From: Planctomycetota bacterium
GTDB lineage: Bacteria > Planctomycetota > UBA1135 > UBA2386
Direction of reading: 5' to 3'
Assembly (NCBI GenBank): GCA_046290465.1
Contig: JBKAGP010000001.1
Location: 2,336,001-2,400,000 of the forward strand
Length of the DNA: 64,000 bases
Part shown: piece by piece, positions 38,445-48,034 of the stretch
Layout of the letters: each line of letters starts with the position of its first letter
Numbering within the stretch: position 1 is the stretch's first letter
Position numbers and translations under genes: made by a program
Notes under the pieces: generated by a model
Database searches by the model: none
What the model was told of the DNA's origin: nothing
The model's input: only the letters and a program-made list of their open reading frames with translations

Positions 38445-39785
38445 ATGGGCCACATCGTCTTCGCAGCTCCGAGCATCCGCAGGTTCCACCTGCACGAGCG
38501 CCTCCGTCGCGACCTGCTGCGGCGCGACCACCGCGTCTCGGTGCTGTGCTGCGACCGCACGTCGTTCACGTTCTGGCGCGAACAGGTGGCCGCCGTCGAC
38601 CTGCTGGCCACGACTCGCAGCGACGCGCCCGACGCCAACATGCAGACGCTGCTGCAGCAGGTCACGGCCGGCGACGAACGGCGGCGGCTGGCGCGGCTGC
38701 TGCCGGCGGCGACCCGCTGGCTCGAGCGCGAACGTCCGGACCTGGTGCTGTTCCACGGCGAGCGCTCGGCGACGACCGCGGCGCTGCAGTTCGCGGCGCG
38801 CACGGTCGGCTGCCCGGTGCTGTGGACCGGCGACGGCCTGCTGCCACACACCATGCAGGTCGACGACCGTGGCCTCGACGCCGATGCCGGCTCGCGGCGC
38901 TGGCAGGCCAGGGACTACCGCGTCGTCGCGCCCGACGATGCGCTGCTCGACGCCAGCCTCGCCCACGCGCTCTCGGGCGGCGAACCGCTGGCGCTGCCGC
39001 GCGCCGAGGTGCACGTGCCGATGGTCTCGCGACGGCTGCTCGACGCGCTGTGCTACGGACTCGAAGGACGCTTCGCCGCGAGCCTGCACGCGCTGCACGG
39101 CTGGCAGGCGGCGTTCGCCGACGTGACGCCGCGGCCGCCGGTGGTGCCGGTGCTCGACCTGCGGCCGCCGTTCGTAGCCGTGCTGCTGCAGGCCGACGAC
39201 GACCCGCGCCTGGTGCACGACGGCCAGCCGGCGCCGTCCCCCGCCGAACTGGTGCAGCAGGCGCTCGCCGCCGCGGCACGCCTCGATCCGGATGCCACCG
39301 TGGTCGCGGCGCTGCCACCGCGCTGCACCGAGCGCCGCTGGGGCCCACAGGCCCTGGCCGGCGCCGCCGGCGATCGGGTGCGGATCGTGCCGGCGGGCGG
39401 CGCGGCGGTCGCCGCCGCGACCGCGGCCGCCGTCGTCACCGTCAACCATCCGATGGCGACCGCCGCGCTGCTGGCGGGCACCCCGGTGCTGCACACCGGC
39501 CGCGCGCTCTACGAACTGCCCGGCGTCACCCACGCGACCACGCCGGAGGGACTGCCCGACGCGCTGGCGGCAGCCAGCGGGCGCGACCGGCCGGCGCTGC
39601 GACGGCGATTGCTGAGCTGGCACCTGCGCCACGGCCACGTCTGGTGTTCGCCGACCGCGCCCAACCACAACGGCATGCTCGGCCTGGTCGAAGCGGTCGA
39701 GAAGCGGCTCGCCGCGGCCGGCGGGGCCGAGTCCCGGCCGCTGCCCTACCGGCCCGGTCCGACCTGGCCGCTCGCGACCTCGTGA
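38445..39785 (+). CDS. Capsule polysaccharide biosynthesis (KpsS-like) protein, divergent
   Basis: GLLPHTMQVDDRGL, LLQADDD, VVTVNH, LLAGTPVLHTGRALY; lies upstream of a flippase. Confidence 0.6.
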   Translation: MGHIVFAAPSIRRFHLHERLRRDLLRRDHRVSVLCCDRTSFTFWREQVAAVDLLATTRSDAPDANMQTLLQQVTAGDERRRLARLLPAATRWLERERPDLVLFHGERSATTAALQFAARTVGCPVLWTGDGLLPHTMQVDDRGLDADAGSRRWQARDYRVVAPDDALLDASLAHALSGGEPLALPRAEVHVPMVSRRLLDALCYGLEGRFAASLHALHGWQAAFADVTPRPPVVPVLDLRPPFVAVLLQADDDPRLVHDGQPAPSPAELVQQALAAAARLDPDATVVAALPPRCTERRWGPQALAGAAGDRVRIVPAGGAAVAAATAAAVVTVNHPMATAALLAGTPVLHTGRALYELPGVTHATTPEGLPDALAAASGRDRPALRRRLLSWHLRHGHVWCSPTAPNHNGMLGLVEAVEKRLAAAGGAESRPLPYRPGPTWPLATS

Positions 39786-39815
39786 ACGGCGCCCCGAACT
39801 GCCGATAGGACTGCC

Positions 39816-41240
39816 GTGAAGCACACGGTCCGCAGCACCCTGCTCTGCCTCGGCACCGGCGTCGTGGTGCAGCGCGTGCTGCAGCTGGTGTCGTTCCTGA
39901 TCGTCGGCCACACGCTCGGGGTCGCCGGGCTCGGCGTCTACGCCGAGGGCATGGCGGTCGCCGCGGTGCTCGCCGTGGTCGCCGGCGCCGGCGTGCGCAA
40001 CCTGGTCGCACGAGCGGTCAGCCGGCAGCCCGACGCCGCCGGCGTGCTGGTCGGCCACGCGGTGCACATGCGGCTGCTGGTCGGCGTGACGCTGGCGATC
40101 GTCGCGGCGATGCTGGCGTTCGTCGGTTCGACGCGGCCCTGGTTCTGGCTGCTGTGCGTGCTGCACGTCGTGCCCGCCGCGTTCGACCTGAAGAACCTCG
40201 TCGACGCCGCCGGCCGCACCCGCGGCGAGGTCGTGCTCGATGCGTCGGCCGCGGTGCTGCAGCTGGCGCTGATCGGGGTCTGGTCGACGACCGCCGAGCC
40301 GCGCCTCGAGGTGCTCGCCGGGATCAGCCTCGGCTGCCGCGCGATCTACGCCGTCGGCGCGATCCTGTCGATCCGCCGCCTGCCGGCCCTGCGCGAACCC
40401 GACCACAAGCCGGTCGGACTCAACGCGGTCGGAGCCGGCCAGACCGCGCACGAACTGCTCGCGATCGGCGACGTCGCGCTGGTCGCGATGGTCGCCGGCG
40501 ACGTCGCGGCCGGCTACTACGCGGTAGCCGTTCGCTTCGCGGCTGCGGCGATGCTGCCGTCGGCGCAGCTGGCCCGCCTGCTGCTGCCCCACCTGCTGCA
40601 CGCGCAGCAGAACGGCGACGCCACCCGCACGTTCGCGACCGCGCTGCGCGCGACGCTGTGGCTGACCGCACCGGTGTGCGCCGGCGGGCTGGTCGTCGCC
40701 GACCAGCTGTGCGCGCTCAGCGGCGACGGCTTCGCGGTCAGCGGCCACGTGCTGCGGCTCTTGCTGTTCGCAGGCATCTGCCAGCACGTCGGCTGGCAGT
40801 GCAGCCACGCGCTGCTCGCCGCCGGCCGCGACCGCGCCTACGCCAACGGCCTGCTGTGGCCCGCGACGCTGCACGCCGCGGCGCTGGCGACCCTGTGGCT
40901 CGCGCCGACCCTGGCGCCGGATCTGGGCGGGGCCGGGCAGGCGACGCTGGCGGCGACCGCCGCCGCGTTGGCGCAAGCCGGCTACCTGTGCTGCAGCCTG
41001 TGGGCGATGCACTGCGGCCCCGCGTTCGCGCGGGCGCTGCTCGCCCCCACCGTCGCCGCGCTGGCCACCGCGGGGGCCGCGTCGCTGCCGGTCGACTGGC
41101 TCGCCACCTCGCTGCAGCTGCCGATGCGGCTCGCGTCCGGCGCCGCCGCGTTCGTGCTGGTGCTGTGGCTGCTCGAGCTGCGCGGCCGTCTGCGCCACGT
41201 CGGCGACGGCCTCGCCACCTCCAGCGGCTTCGGCAGCTGA
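39816..41240 (+). CDS. Oligosaccharide flippase (Wzx/MATE-like)
   Basis: About 12-14 hydrophobic helices; LGVAGLGVY, AGYYAVAVR. Confidence 0.8.
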   Translation: MKHTVRSTLLCLGTGVVVQRVLQLVSFLIVGHTLGVAGLGVYAEGMAVAAVLAVVAGAGVRNLVARAVSRQPDAAGVLVGHAVHMRLLVGVTLAIVAAMLAFVGSTRPWFWLLCVLHVVPAAFDLKNLVDAAGRTRGEVVLDASAAVLQLALIGVWSTTAEPRLEVLAGISLGCRAIYAVGAILSIRRLPALREPDHKPVGLNAVGAGQTAHELLAIGDVALVAMVAGDVAAGYYAVAVRFAAAAMLPSAQLARLLLPHLLHAQQNGDATRTFATALRATLWLTAPVCAGGLVVADQLCALSGDGFAVSGHVLRLLLFAGICQHVGWQCSHALLAAGRDRAYANGLLWPATLHAAALATLWLAPTLAPDLGGAGQATLAATAAALAQAGYLCCSLWAMHCGPAFARALLAPTVAALATAGAASLPVDWLATSLQLPMRLASGAAAFVLVLWLLELRGRLRHVGDGLATSSGFGS

Positions 41241-41275
41241 CGCCGCGCCAACCGCCGGTTGGTAAGGCCTGCTCC

Positions 41276-41309
41276 CGGACCCGATCTTGCGGACCCGATC
41301 CTGCGGACC
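41276..41309. repeat. 14-bp tandem repeat CGGACCCGATC(T/C)TG, about 2.4 copies
   Basis: Read directly; intergenic. Confidence 0.8.
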
Positions 41310-41371
41310 GGGAGGAAAATGTTGGGGATGGGATCCAACGGGCGGGGGGATCGAGCCGATAGCAACGGACG

Positions 41372-42037
41372 ATGCTGACCAAGAAGCCATGGCGACTGGG
41401 CACCCGGGCGAAGCTGCTGATGCGCGGGCTGCGCTACTCGTGCATCCTGCCGTATGCGTCGATCGACGGCTGGCTGACCGTCGACGAGGCGATCGCGCTG
41501 TTCGAGCTGGCGCGCGAGCTGCCCGACGAGGCGCCGCGCGCGGTCGAGATCGGCAGCTGGCAGGGCAAGAGCACGGTCTGCATCGCCAACGGCCTGCGCG
41601 GCAAGCCCGGCGCGCAGCTGACCTGCATCGATCCGTTCGACGCGTCGGGCGACGCCGAGAGCGAGCACGACTACCAGGACCGCGCCGGTCGCGCCGGCGG
41701 GCCGCTGCGCCAGGCGTTCGAACACAACCTGCTGCACGCGCAGGTGCGCGACCTCGTCGACGTGCGCCAGGGCTTCAGCCACGACTTCAAGGACGAGCTC
41801 GACGAGTCGATCGACCTGCTGTTCCTCGACGGCGACCACAGCTACGCGGCGGTGCTGCAGGACTTCGAGGACTGGGCGCAGAAGATCAAGCCGGGCGGCC
41901 TGCTGGCGATGCACGACGTCGTGCATCCGGTGCACGAAGGCCCGCGCCAGGTCGTCGACGAGCGTATCGCCAGCGACCCGCAGTGGGTCGACCAGCGCTA
42001 CGTGGACAGCCTGTTCGTCGCCCGCCGCAAGGCGTAG
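41372..42037 (+). CDS. Class I SAM-dependent methyltransferase (Methyltransf_24-like)
   Basis: VEIGSWQGKST, IDLLFLDGDHSY, GGLLAMHD. Confidence 0.88.
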   Translation: MLTKKPWRLGTRAKLLMRGLRYSCILPYASIDGWLTVDEAIALFELARELPDEAPRAVEIGSWQGKSTVCIANGLRGKPGAQLTCIDPFDASGDAESEHDYQDRAGRAGGPLRQAFEHNLLHAQVRDLVDVRQGFSHDFKDELDESIDLLFLDGDHSYAAVLQDFEDWAQKIKPGGLLAMHDVVHPVHEGPRQVVDERIASDPQWVDQRYVDSLFVARRKA

Positions 42038-42071
42038 CGCGAAGCCGCGCGCGATCGGGTACACCGGTGGC

Positions 42072-43712
42072 ATGGCCGCCGAAGCGCTGCTCGACGAACT
42101 GAAGGACCCCACCTGCTACGGCGAGGGCGTGCGCGCCGTGCAGATCGTGCAGACCCACCTGTCGGTCGTCTGCCTGGCCGACGAGCTGGTGTTCAAGCTC
42201 AAGAAGGCGACCACGCTGCCGTTCGTCGACTTCGCGCCGCTCGCCAACCGGCGCCAGGCCTGTCGCGACGAGGTCCGCCTCAACCGCCGGCTGTGCCCCG
42301 ACGTCTACCTCGGCACCGCCGCGCTGCGCCGCGTCGACGGCGCGCTGCGGTTCATGGCCATCGGCGACGACGACGACCCTCAGGACCTCGACGTCGCCGT
42401 CGTGATGCGGCGGCTGCCGCAGGATCGCATGCTCGACGAACTGGTCGGACGCGGCGACGTCGATCCCGACCAGCTGCGCGAACTCGCCGACGTCGTGGCC
42501 CGCTTCCACCAACGCGCCGAACGCGGCCCCGAGGTCGCAAAGCTCGGCGATCCCGAACGGCTCGCCGGCTTCGCCCGCGACAACTTCGACGAGCTGGCGG
42601 ACGTGCAGGGGGCCGACCTGCACGGTCCCCTGCTGGCCGCGACGCGCCGCGCCAGCGAGGCGGCGTTCGCGGCCCGTCTGCCGCTGCTGCGCGCACGCGC
42701 CGGCCGCGGCTGCGTCGTCGACGGGCACGGCGACCTGCACGCGCGCAACGTCTGCATGACGACGCCGCCGACCATCTACGACTGCATCGAGTTCGAGCCC
42801 GCGTTCCGCTGCGGCGACGTCGCGACCGAGGTGGCGTTCCTGGTGATGGACCTGCGCTACCGCGGTGCCGACCAGCTGGCGCGCACCTTCGTGCGCAGCT
42901 ACGTGGCGGCCAGCGGCGACGACGAACTGGCGACGCTGCTGCCGCTGCTGTGCAGCTACCGCGCGATGGTCCGCGGCAAGGTCGCCGCGTTCGCCGCCGC
43001 CGAGCCCGAGCTGCCGGCCGACGAACGCAGCGGCGCGCGTCGCTCGACGCACCGCCACCTGCAGCTGGCGGCCGGCTGCCTGCTCGAGGCCGGACCGCCG
43101 CGCTGGATCGTGGTCTGCGGCCCGCCCGCCAGCGGCAAGAGCGTGCTGGCACGGGGCCTCGCCGATGCCTGCCAATGGCCGCACGTGGCCACCGACGTCG
43201 AACGCAAGCGGCTCGCGGGCCTGCAGCCGACCGAGCGCGCTGCGGCTGAGCACTACACCGCGGCGTTCTCGCAGCGCACCTACGAACGGGTGTTCGCGAC
43301 CGCGGCGGAGGCCCTGTCGGGGGAGAGCCTGTCGAGGGAGAGTTTGTCGGCGGAGCATCGCGCGGTGCTGCTCGACGGCAACTTCGCGACCCGCGCGCAA
43401 CGCCGAGAGGCCGCGGCAGCCGCCCGCCGCTGCGGAGCGGAGCTGACCTTCGTGCACGTGCAGGTCGACGTCGCGACCGCCGTCGAACGTGCCGGGCAGC
43501 GCGCCGAGGCGGGCACCGACAGCAGCGACGCCGGCGCCGAGGTCACGCGGCAGCGGCACGCAAGCTTCGAGCCACCCGGCGACGACGAGGGCACGGTGGT
43601 GCGCGTCGACGGCTCGCGCCGTCCCGAACGACTCGCCGACGACGCGCTGGCAGCGCTGCTCGACGCGGCCTATGCGGACAGCGGCGCCGACGAGCGCAGC
43701 GCCCGCAGCTGA
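42072..43712 (+). CDS. Bifunctional aminoglycoside-phosphotransferase-like / P-loop kinase protein
   Basis: QTHLS..FKLKK, HGDLHARN, DCIEF; P-loop GPPASGKS; DVERKRLAG. Confidence 0.88.
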   Translation: MAAEALLDELKDPTCYGEGVRAVQIVQTHLSVVCLADELVFKLKKATTLPFVDFAPLANRRQACRDEVRLNRRLCPDVYLGTAALRRVDGALRFMAIGDDDDPQDLDVAVVMRRLPQDRMLDELVGRGDVDPDQLRELADVVARFHQRAERGPEVAKLGDPERLAGFARDNFDELADVQGADLHGPLLAATRRASEAAFAARLPLLRARAGRGCVVDGHGDLHARNVCMTTPPTIYDCIEFEPAFRCGDVATEVAFLVMDLRYRGADQLARTFVRSYVAASGDDELATLLPLLCSYRAMVRGKVAAFAAAEPELPADERSGARRSTHRHLQLAAGCLLEAGPPRWIVVCGPPASGKSVLARGLADACQWPHVATDVERKRLAGLQPTERAAAEHYTAAFSQRTYERVFATAAEALSGESLSRESLSAEHRAVLLDGNFATRAQRREAAAAARRCGAELTFVHVQVDVATAVERAGQRAEAGTDSSDAGAEVTRQRHASFEPPGDDEGTVVRVDGSRRPERLADDALAALLDAAYADSGADERSARS

Positions 43713-44581
43713 CGGACGAACAGCCGCAAGCGGCGATCGAGCAGCAGCGTCGCCAGCATGCCGAGCCGCAGCCAGACGCTGGCGGCCTCGCCGGCGGCCA
43801 GCAGCCGCCGCGCCAGCGCCACGCGCCACGCCGCGAACAGCCGCGGATGGTTGGCCTGGATCGCCGCGAACCGCTGGATCGCGCGGTCGTCGGAGTGCGC
43901 CAGCATCGTCTCGCCGTGCTTGCGGTACCAGAACAGCGGTTCGGGGCAGTGCACGAACGTCGCACCGCGCTCGAGCGCGCCGAGCCAGAAGTCCCAGTCC
44001 TCGTAGCCGAGCGCGATGGGCCGGTAGCCGCCGATCGCGTCGAACAGCTCGCGGCGGTAGAGGCTCGCGTAGACGAGGCAGTTGTTGGCGACCAGCCGGC
44101 GGCGGGTCACCGGCAGCGTCACCAGCGGTGCGTCGGCGTCGCCGAACGTGCGGCCGTTCGGCGTGGCGACGTCGGCGCCGCTGCGCCGGAGCGCCGCCAT
44201 CAGCACCTCGACCGTGTCCGGCGCGAGCTTGTCGTCGGCGTCGAGCGGCAGCACGAACGGGCTGTCGGTGGCGCGCACGCCGGCGTTGCGCGCCGCGGCC
44301 AGGCCCTGGTTCGGCTGCGACAGCAGCTCGATGCGGCGGCCTGGGTTCGCCGCGATCAAGCGCCGGGCGATCGCGGCGGTGTCGTCCGGGCTGCCGTCGT
44401 CGACGATCACGATGCGCAGGTTCGGCCAGGTCTGCGCGGCCGCGCTACCGACCGCGTCGGCCAGCGTGCTGGCGTAGCGGTAGCACGGGATGACGATCGC
44501 CACCTCCGGAACGTCCTGCGGCTGCGCTAGCGGCGAACCCGACACCTCGATGTCATCGGCTGATTCGGCCCCCGACCTCAA
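43670..44581 (-). CDS. Glycosyltransferase family 2
   Basis: IVIPCY, VDDGSPD, NQGLAAARNAG, LDADD, YEDWDFW; start uncertain. Confidence 0.9.
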   Translation of the reverse strand: MRSGAESADDIEVSGSPLAQPQDVPEVAIVIPCYRYASTLADAVGSAAAQTWPNLRIVIVDDGSPDDTAAIARRLIAANPGRRIELLSQPNQGLAAARNAGVRATDSPFVLPLDADDKLAPDTVEVLMAALRRSGADVATPNGRTFGDADAPLVTLPVTRRRLVANNCLVYASLYRRELFDAIGGYRPIALGYEDWDFWLGALERGATFVHCPEPLFWYRKHGETMLAHSDDRAIQRFAAIQANHPRLFAAWRVALARRLLAAGEAASVWLRLGMLATLLLDRRLRLFVRQLRALRSSAPLSA

Positions 44582-44595
44582 GTAGGCTCGGCGCC

Positions 44596-45729
44596 GTGCC
44601 GGCCTCGCCGATCCTGTTCCTGAGCCACGTCGCCGAGCTCGGCGGCGCCGAGAACGTGCTGCTGGACCTGCTGGCGGCGCTCGACCGCGACCGCTTCGCC
44701 CCGCACCTCGGGGTGCCCGGCGACGGCCCGCTGGCGCAGCGCGCCGCCGCGCTCGGCTGCGGCGTGCACGAACTGCCGCTGGCCGCGCGTTCGCCGTGGG
44801 CCAAGGCGCTGCGGGCGCTGCGGGCCCGCGGCGCGATCCGGCGCCTCGGCGACGGGCTCGGCTGCCGGCTGCTGGTCGCCAACTCGATGATCGCCGGCTA
44901 CGCCGCCGTGCGGGCCCGGCGCCCGGACCTGCCGTGCGTCTGGCACCTGCACATCGTCACCGACAACCTGGTCGCGCGCAGCGCCCTGCGGCGCGCCGAC
45001 GTCGTGATCGCCCCGTCCCGGATCGCGCTGACGCAGGCGCGGGTCGCGGCCGGCGAGGTGATCCCCAACGGTGTGCCCGACCGCTACTTCGCCGCGAACG
45101 GCTCCGGCCTGCGCGCCGAGCTGGGCGTGCCCGAAGGGGCTCCGCTGCTCGGCATCGTCGGCCGCCTCGACCCGCGCAAGGGCCACGAGGTGCTGCTGCG
45201 CGCGATGGCCGACTGGCCCGACCAGCCGCAGCCGCACCTGGTCGTGGCCGGCGGCGAACTGTTCGCCAGCAGCCAAGCGCGGCTGGTCGGCGTCGGCCAG
45301 CGGCTGCGCGCGCTCGCCGACCAGTTCGGCGTCGCAGCGCGCGTGCACTGGCTCGGGGACGTCGACGACACCGCCGGCCTGCTGGCGCAGCTCGACGTGC
45401 TGGCGGTGCCGAGCACCGGCCTGGAGTCGGCGCCGCGCACGATCGCCGAGGCGCAGGCGGCCGGCTGCCCGGTCGTCGCGAGCGACGTCGGCGGCGTCCC
45501 GGAGATGCTCGAGAACGGTGCCGCCGGGCGGCTGGTCCCGCCGGGCGATCCCGGAGCCCTGCAGAAGGCGCTCCGGCACGTCGTGCACGATGAGGGCTGG
45601 CGCGCTCAGGCCGTTGGCGAGGCGAGGCGGCGCGCCGAGCAGAACTACCGGCCGGACGCGTTCGCCCGGCGCTGCGAGGCGGTCTTCGGCCGCCTCGTCG
45701 ATGCCGCTATTGGGCGATCGCGTTCTTGA
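44596..45729 (+). CDS. Glycosyltransferase family 4
   Basis: GGAE, IPNGV, VGRLDPRKG, EAQAAGCPVVASDVGGVPE. Confidence 0.9.
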   Translation: MPASPILFLSHVAELGGAENVLLDLLAALDRDRFAPHLGVPGDGPLAQRAAALGCGVHELPLAARSPWAKALRALRARGAIRRLGDGLGCRLLVANSMIAGYAAVRARRPDLPCVWHLHIVTDNLVARSALRRADVVIAPSRIALTQARVAAGEVIPNGVPDRYFAANGSGLRAELGVPEGAPLLGIVGRLDPRKGHEVLLRAMADWPDQPQPHLVVAGGELFASSQARLVGVGQRLRALADQFGVAARVHWLGDVDDTAGLLAQLDVLAVPSTGLESAPRTIAEAQAAGCPVVASDVGGVPEMLENGAAGRLVPPGDPGALQKALRHVVHDEGWRAQAVGEARRRAEQNYRPDAFARRCEAVFGRLVDAAIGRSRS

Positions 45730-46258
45730 TGACGTTGCTCTTGGCGACCGGCTTGTTACGCGGCTTACGCTGCGCCAGCAGCTCGCGCATCAGCGTGTCC
45801 TCGAGCTCCTTGTCGGCCTCCTGCTTGCCCTGCGACAGCGTGGCCTCCAGGTCCTTGGCGGCCGCCGTCGTCGGGCAGGTCATGCGCTGGGCCTGGGCGG
45901 CGGCGTCGTAGTAGCGGGCGCCGGCCTGGACCGCGACGAGGCGGACGCCGTCGTGGGTCGTGACCATCGCGCCTTCCGGGACCTCCATCCAGTCCCCGCG
46001 CGCGATCACGTTCTCGCGCTCGGACCAGCGGTCGCGGCTCTGCGGATCGATCGGGCGAGCGTCGTCCAGCAGGTAGGTCGGGGTGACATCGTAGTGCTTG
46101 CAGAGCGCCAGCAGCATCGGCAGCGTCGGCTGCGAACGGCCTTGCTCGAGGTGCGACATGGTCGCAGGGCGCACGCCGAGGGTCTTGGCGGTCACGCCCT
46201 GGGCTTCGCGCTTGATGCGGGTACGGAGATAGAACAGCTTGAGATGCAGGCGCCGCAT
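45707..46258 (-). CDS. XRE-family HTH transcriptional regulator
   Basis: QGVTAKTLGVRPATMSHLEQGRSQPTLPMLLALCKHYDVTPTYLL. Confidence 0.8.
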   Translation of the reverse strand: MRRLHLKLFYLRTRIKREAQGVTAKTLGVRPATMSHLEQGRSQPTLPMLLALCKHYDVTPTYLLDDARPIDPQSRDRWSERENVIARGDWMEVPEGAMVTTHDGVRLVAVQAGARYYDAAAQAQRMTCPTTAAAKDLEATLSQGKQEADKELEDTLMRELLAQRKPRNKPVAKSNVIKNAIAQ

Positions 46259-46505
46259 GGAGGGAGGGAGAGGTTTCCTGGTGAAAGAGCGACCGTGCGC
46301 GCCATACCGCCGGAGGGCATCGCGTTCACGATCTGCGAAAGTCTAGCACCTTGGCGAGGCAGGCGACTTTCGGTGCAAGTGTGTAGAGTCTCAGGGCGAT
46401 TCTGCCGAGGCGGAGGCAGGCCATGCCATTGGACGACCAGGCCCCGCGATTCTGTTCGGTGGCAGATCAACTCCGCCAGACCGAAGCAGACTCGGCACGT
46501 GACCT

Positions 46506-47234
46506 ATGCCGGATAACCCAGAAGTAACCCTGGCTCCAGATGGATGTGGCACAGATCTCCAGATAGCCGAGCAGTTCGGCGTGGAGCTGGCAACCGCCCA
46601 GGATCCTAGCAGTTGGCAACTTTTGCGCTCTAACGGAACCATGGTGCTGCGGGCCCCTCGGCAGCAGGGCGGCTACGAGGTCCGGGTCGATGTCTCCGAA
46701 GGCCCCATGGCAAGGCGGATTCGCACGGCACGCCGTACGGATCCATTGCCGCGGGCCATAGGCATGCACCGGCGCAGGGTCGAGCGGGTCGTCGATGCCA
46801 CCGCAGGTCTCGGACGCGATGCGCTGGTGCTCGCCCATTTGGGCTGCACCGTAACCGCGATCGAGCGCGTGCCGGCGCTATGCGTTTTGTTGCAGAATGC
46901 GGTCGAAGAAAGTGAGGCCGACGTCGAGGTCGTGCGCGCCGAGGCGACCCCGTGGCTGCGCGAACGCGCCGGCTCACAGGACGCCCCCGACGTCGTCTAC
47001 CTCGACCCGATGTTCGCCGAGAACGGCAAGGCGCAGGTCAAGAAGGAGATGCAGGCGTGCCGGGCGCTCGCCGGAGCGCCGCACGACGCCGAGGAGCTGC
47101 TCGCGGCCGCCCGCGCGGCGGCCCGGGAGCGGGTCGTCGTCAAGCGCCACCCCCACCACCGCCCGCTGGCCGACGACGTGTCGTTCGAGGTCGGCGGCGA
47201 CCGGGTCCGCTTCGACGTCTACCTGACCGCCTGA
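46506..47234 (+). CDS. rsmJ: 16S rRNA m2G1516 methyltransferase RsmJ-like
   Basis: VDATAGLGRDA, ERVP, DVVYLDPMF, KKEM, RVVVKR. Confidence 0.85.
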   Translation: MPDNPEVTLAPDGCGTDLQIAEQFGVELATAQDPSSWQLLRSNGTMVLRAPRQQGGYEVRVDVSEGPMARRIRTARRTDPLPRAIGMHRRRVERVVDATAGLGRDALVLAHLGCTVTAIERVPALCVLLQNAVEESEADVEVVRAEATPWLRERAGSQDAPDVVYLDPMFAENGKAQVKKEMQACRALAGAPHDAEELLAAARAAARERVVVKRHPHHRPLADDVSFEVGGDRVRFDVYLTA

Positions 47235-48034
47235 GCGCCCGGACCGCCGTCGGCGGCGAACGCGACCGCGGTGAACTCGCCGACCGTGGTGCGATCGACC
47301 TCGGGCCGGCCGACCCTCTCGACCAGGCCATCGACCTCGTGGCCACGCATGCCGCTGAGCACCAGCGGGGCGGGCCCGTGCCAGAGGTCGAGGATCGCCG
47401 CCAGCGACGCGCCGAGCTCCGTGCCGGTCATGTTGGCGACGACCTGTTCGCAGCCGGCGAGCCGCTCGGGACCGCCGTGCTCGACGCGCGCTGTCGGCAG
47501 CAGCTCGCGGGCGGCCAGCACCGACGGACCGTCGATGTCACAGGCCTCGAGGCGCGCGACGCCGCGCTGCTGCGCGTAGAGCGCCAGCACGCCCGAACCG
47601 CAGCCGACGTCGGCCAGGCTCGCCGGCCCCCGCCAGGTCCGGTGCAGCAGCAGCAGCGCCGCCTGGGTGCTGCCGTGTTCGCCGCTGCCGAAGGCACCGC
47701 CGCGCGGCACGACCAGCTCGACCCCGGAGAACCCCGCCGGACGCTCGACCCACGGCGGCCGCACCAACAGGTCGTCGGCGACCGCGATCGCGGTGTCCCG
47801 CTCCAGGCCGGTGATCGTGAAGTGCTCGTCGGCGACGGCCCGCTCCTCGAGCTCGACGGCGAGGCCGGCCGGCAGCGCCGGCATCCGGCCGACCAGCCAG
47901 ACCACGTGCGCGTCGTGCTCCTCGAGCGTGCCCTGTACATCGGCGTGCACGTGCAGGAAGGCCAGCGCGTCGTCGCGATCGGCGCCGCGCAGCGCGAACG
48001 CCCGCCAGCCGGCGGCGCCCGCCGGACCGCTCAC
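47219..48034 (-). CDS. prmA: Ribosomal protein L11 methyltransferase-like
   Basis: VRPPW, AFGSGEHGST, DVGCGSGVLA, CDID, VANM, LSGM. Confidence 0.82.
   Translation of the reverse strand: MSGPAGAAGWRAFALRGADRDDALAFLHVHADVQGTLEEHDAHVVWLVGRMPALPAGLAVELEERAVADEHFTITGLERDTAIAVADDLLVRPPWVERPAGFSGVELVVPRGGAFGSGEHGSTQAALLLLHRTWRGPASLADVGCGSGVLALYAQQRGVARLEACDIDGPSVLAARELLPTARVEHGGPERLAGCEQVVANMTGTELGASLAAILDLWHGPAPLVLSGMRGHEVDGLVERVGRPEVDRTTVGEFTAVAFAADGGPGAQAVR

Noticed and set aside
45707..46258. XRE gene as prophage repressor or antitoxin
   Set aside because: No phage, integrase or toxin genes are adjacent; codon usage is host-like
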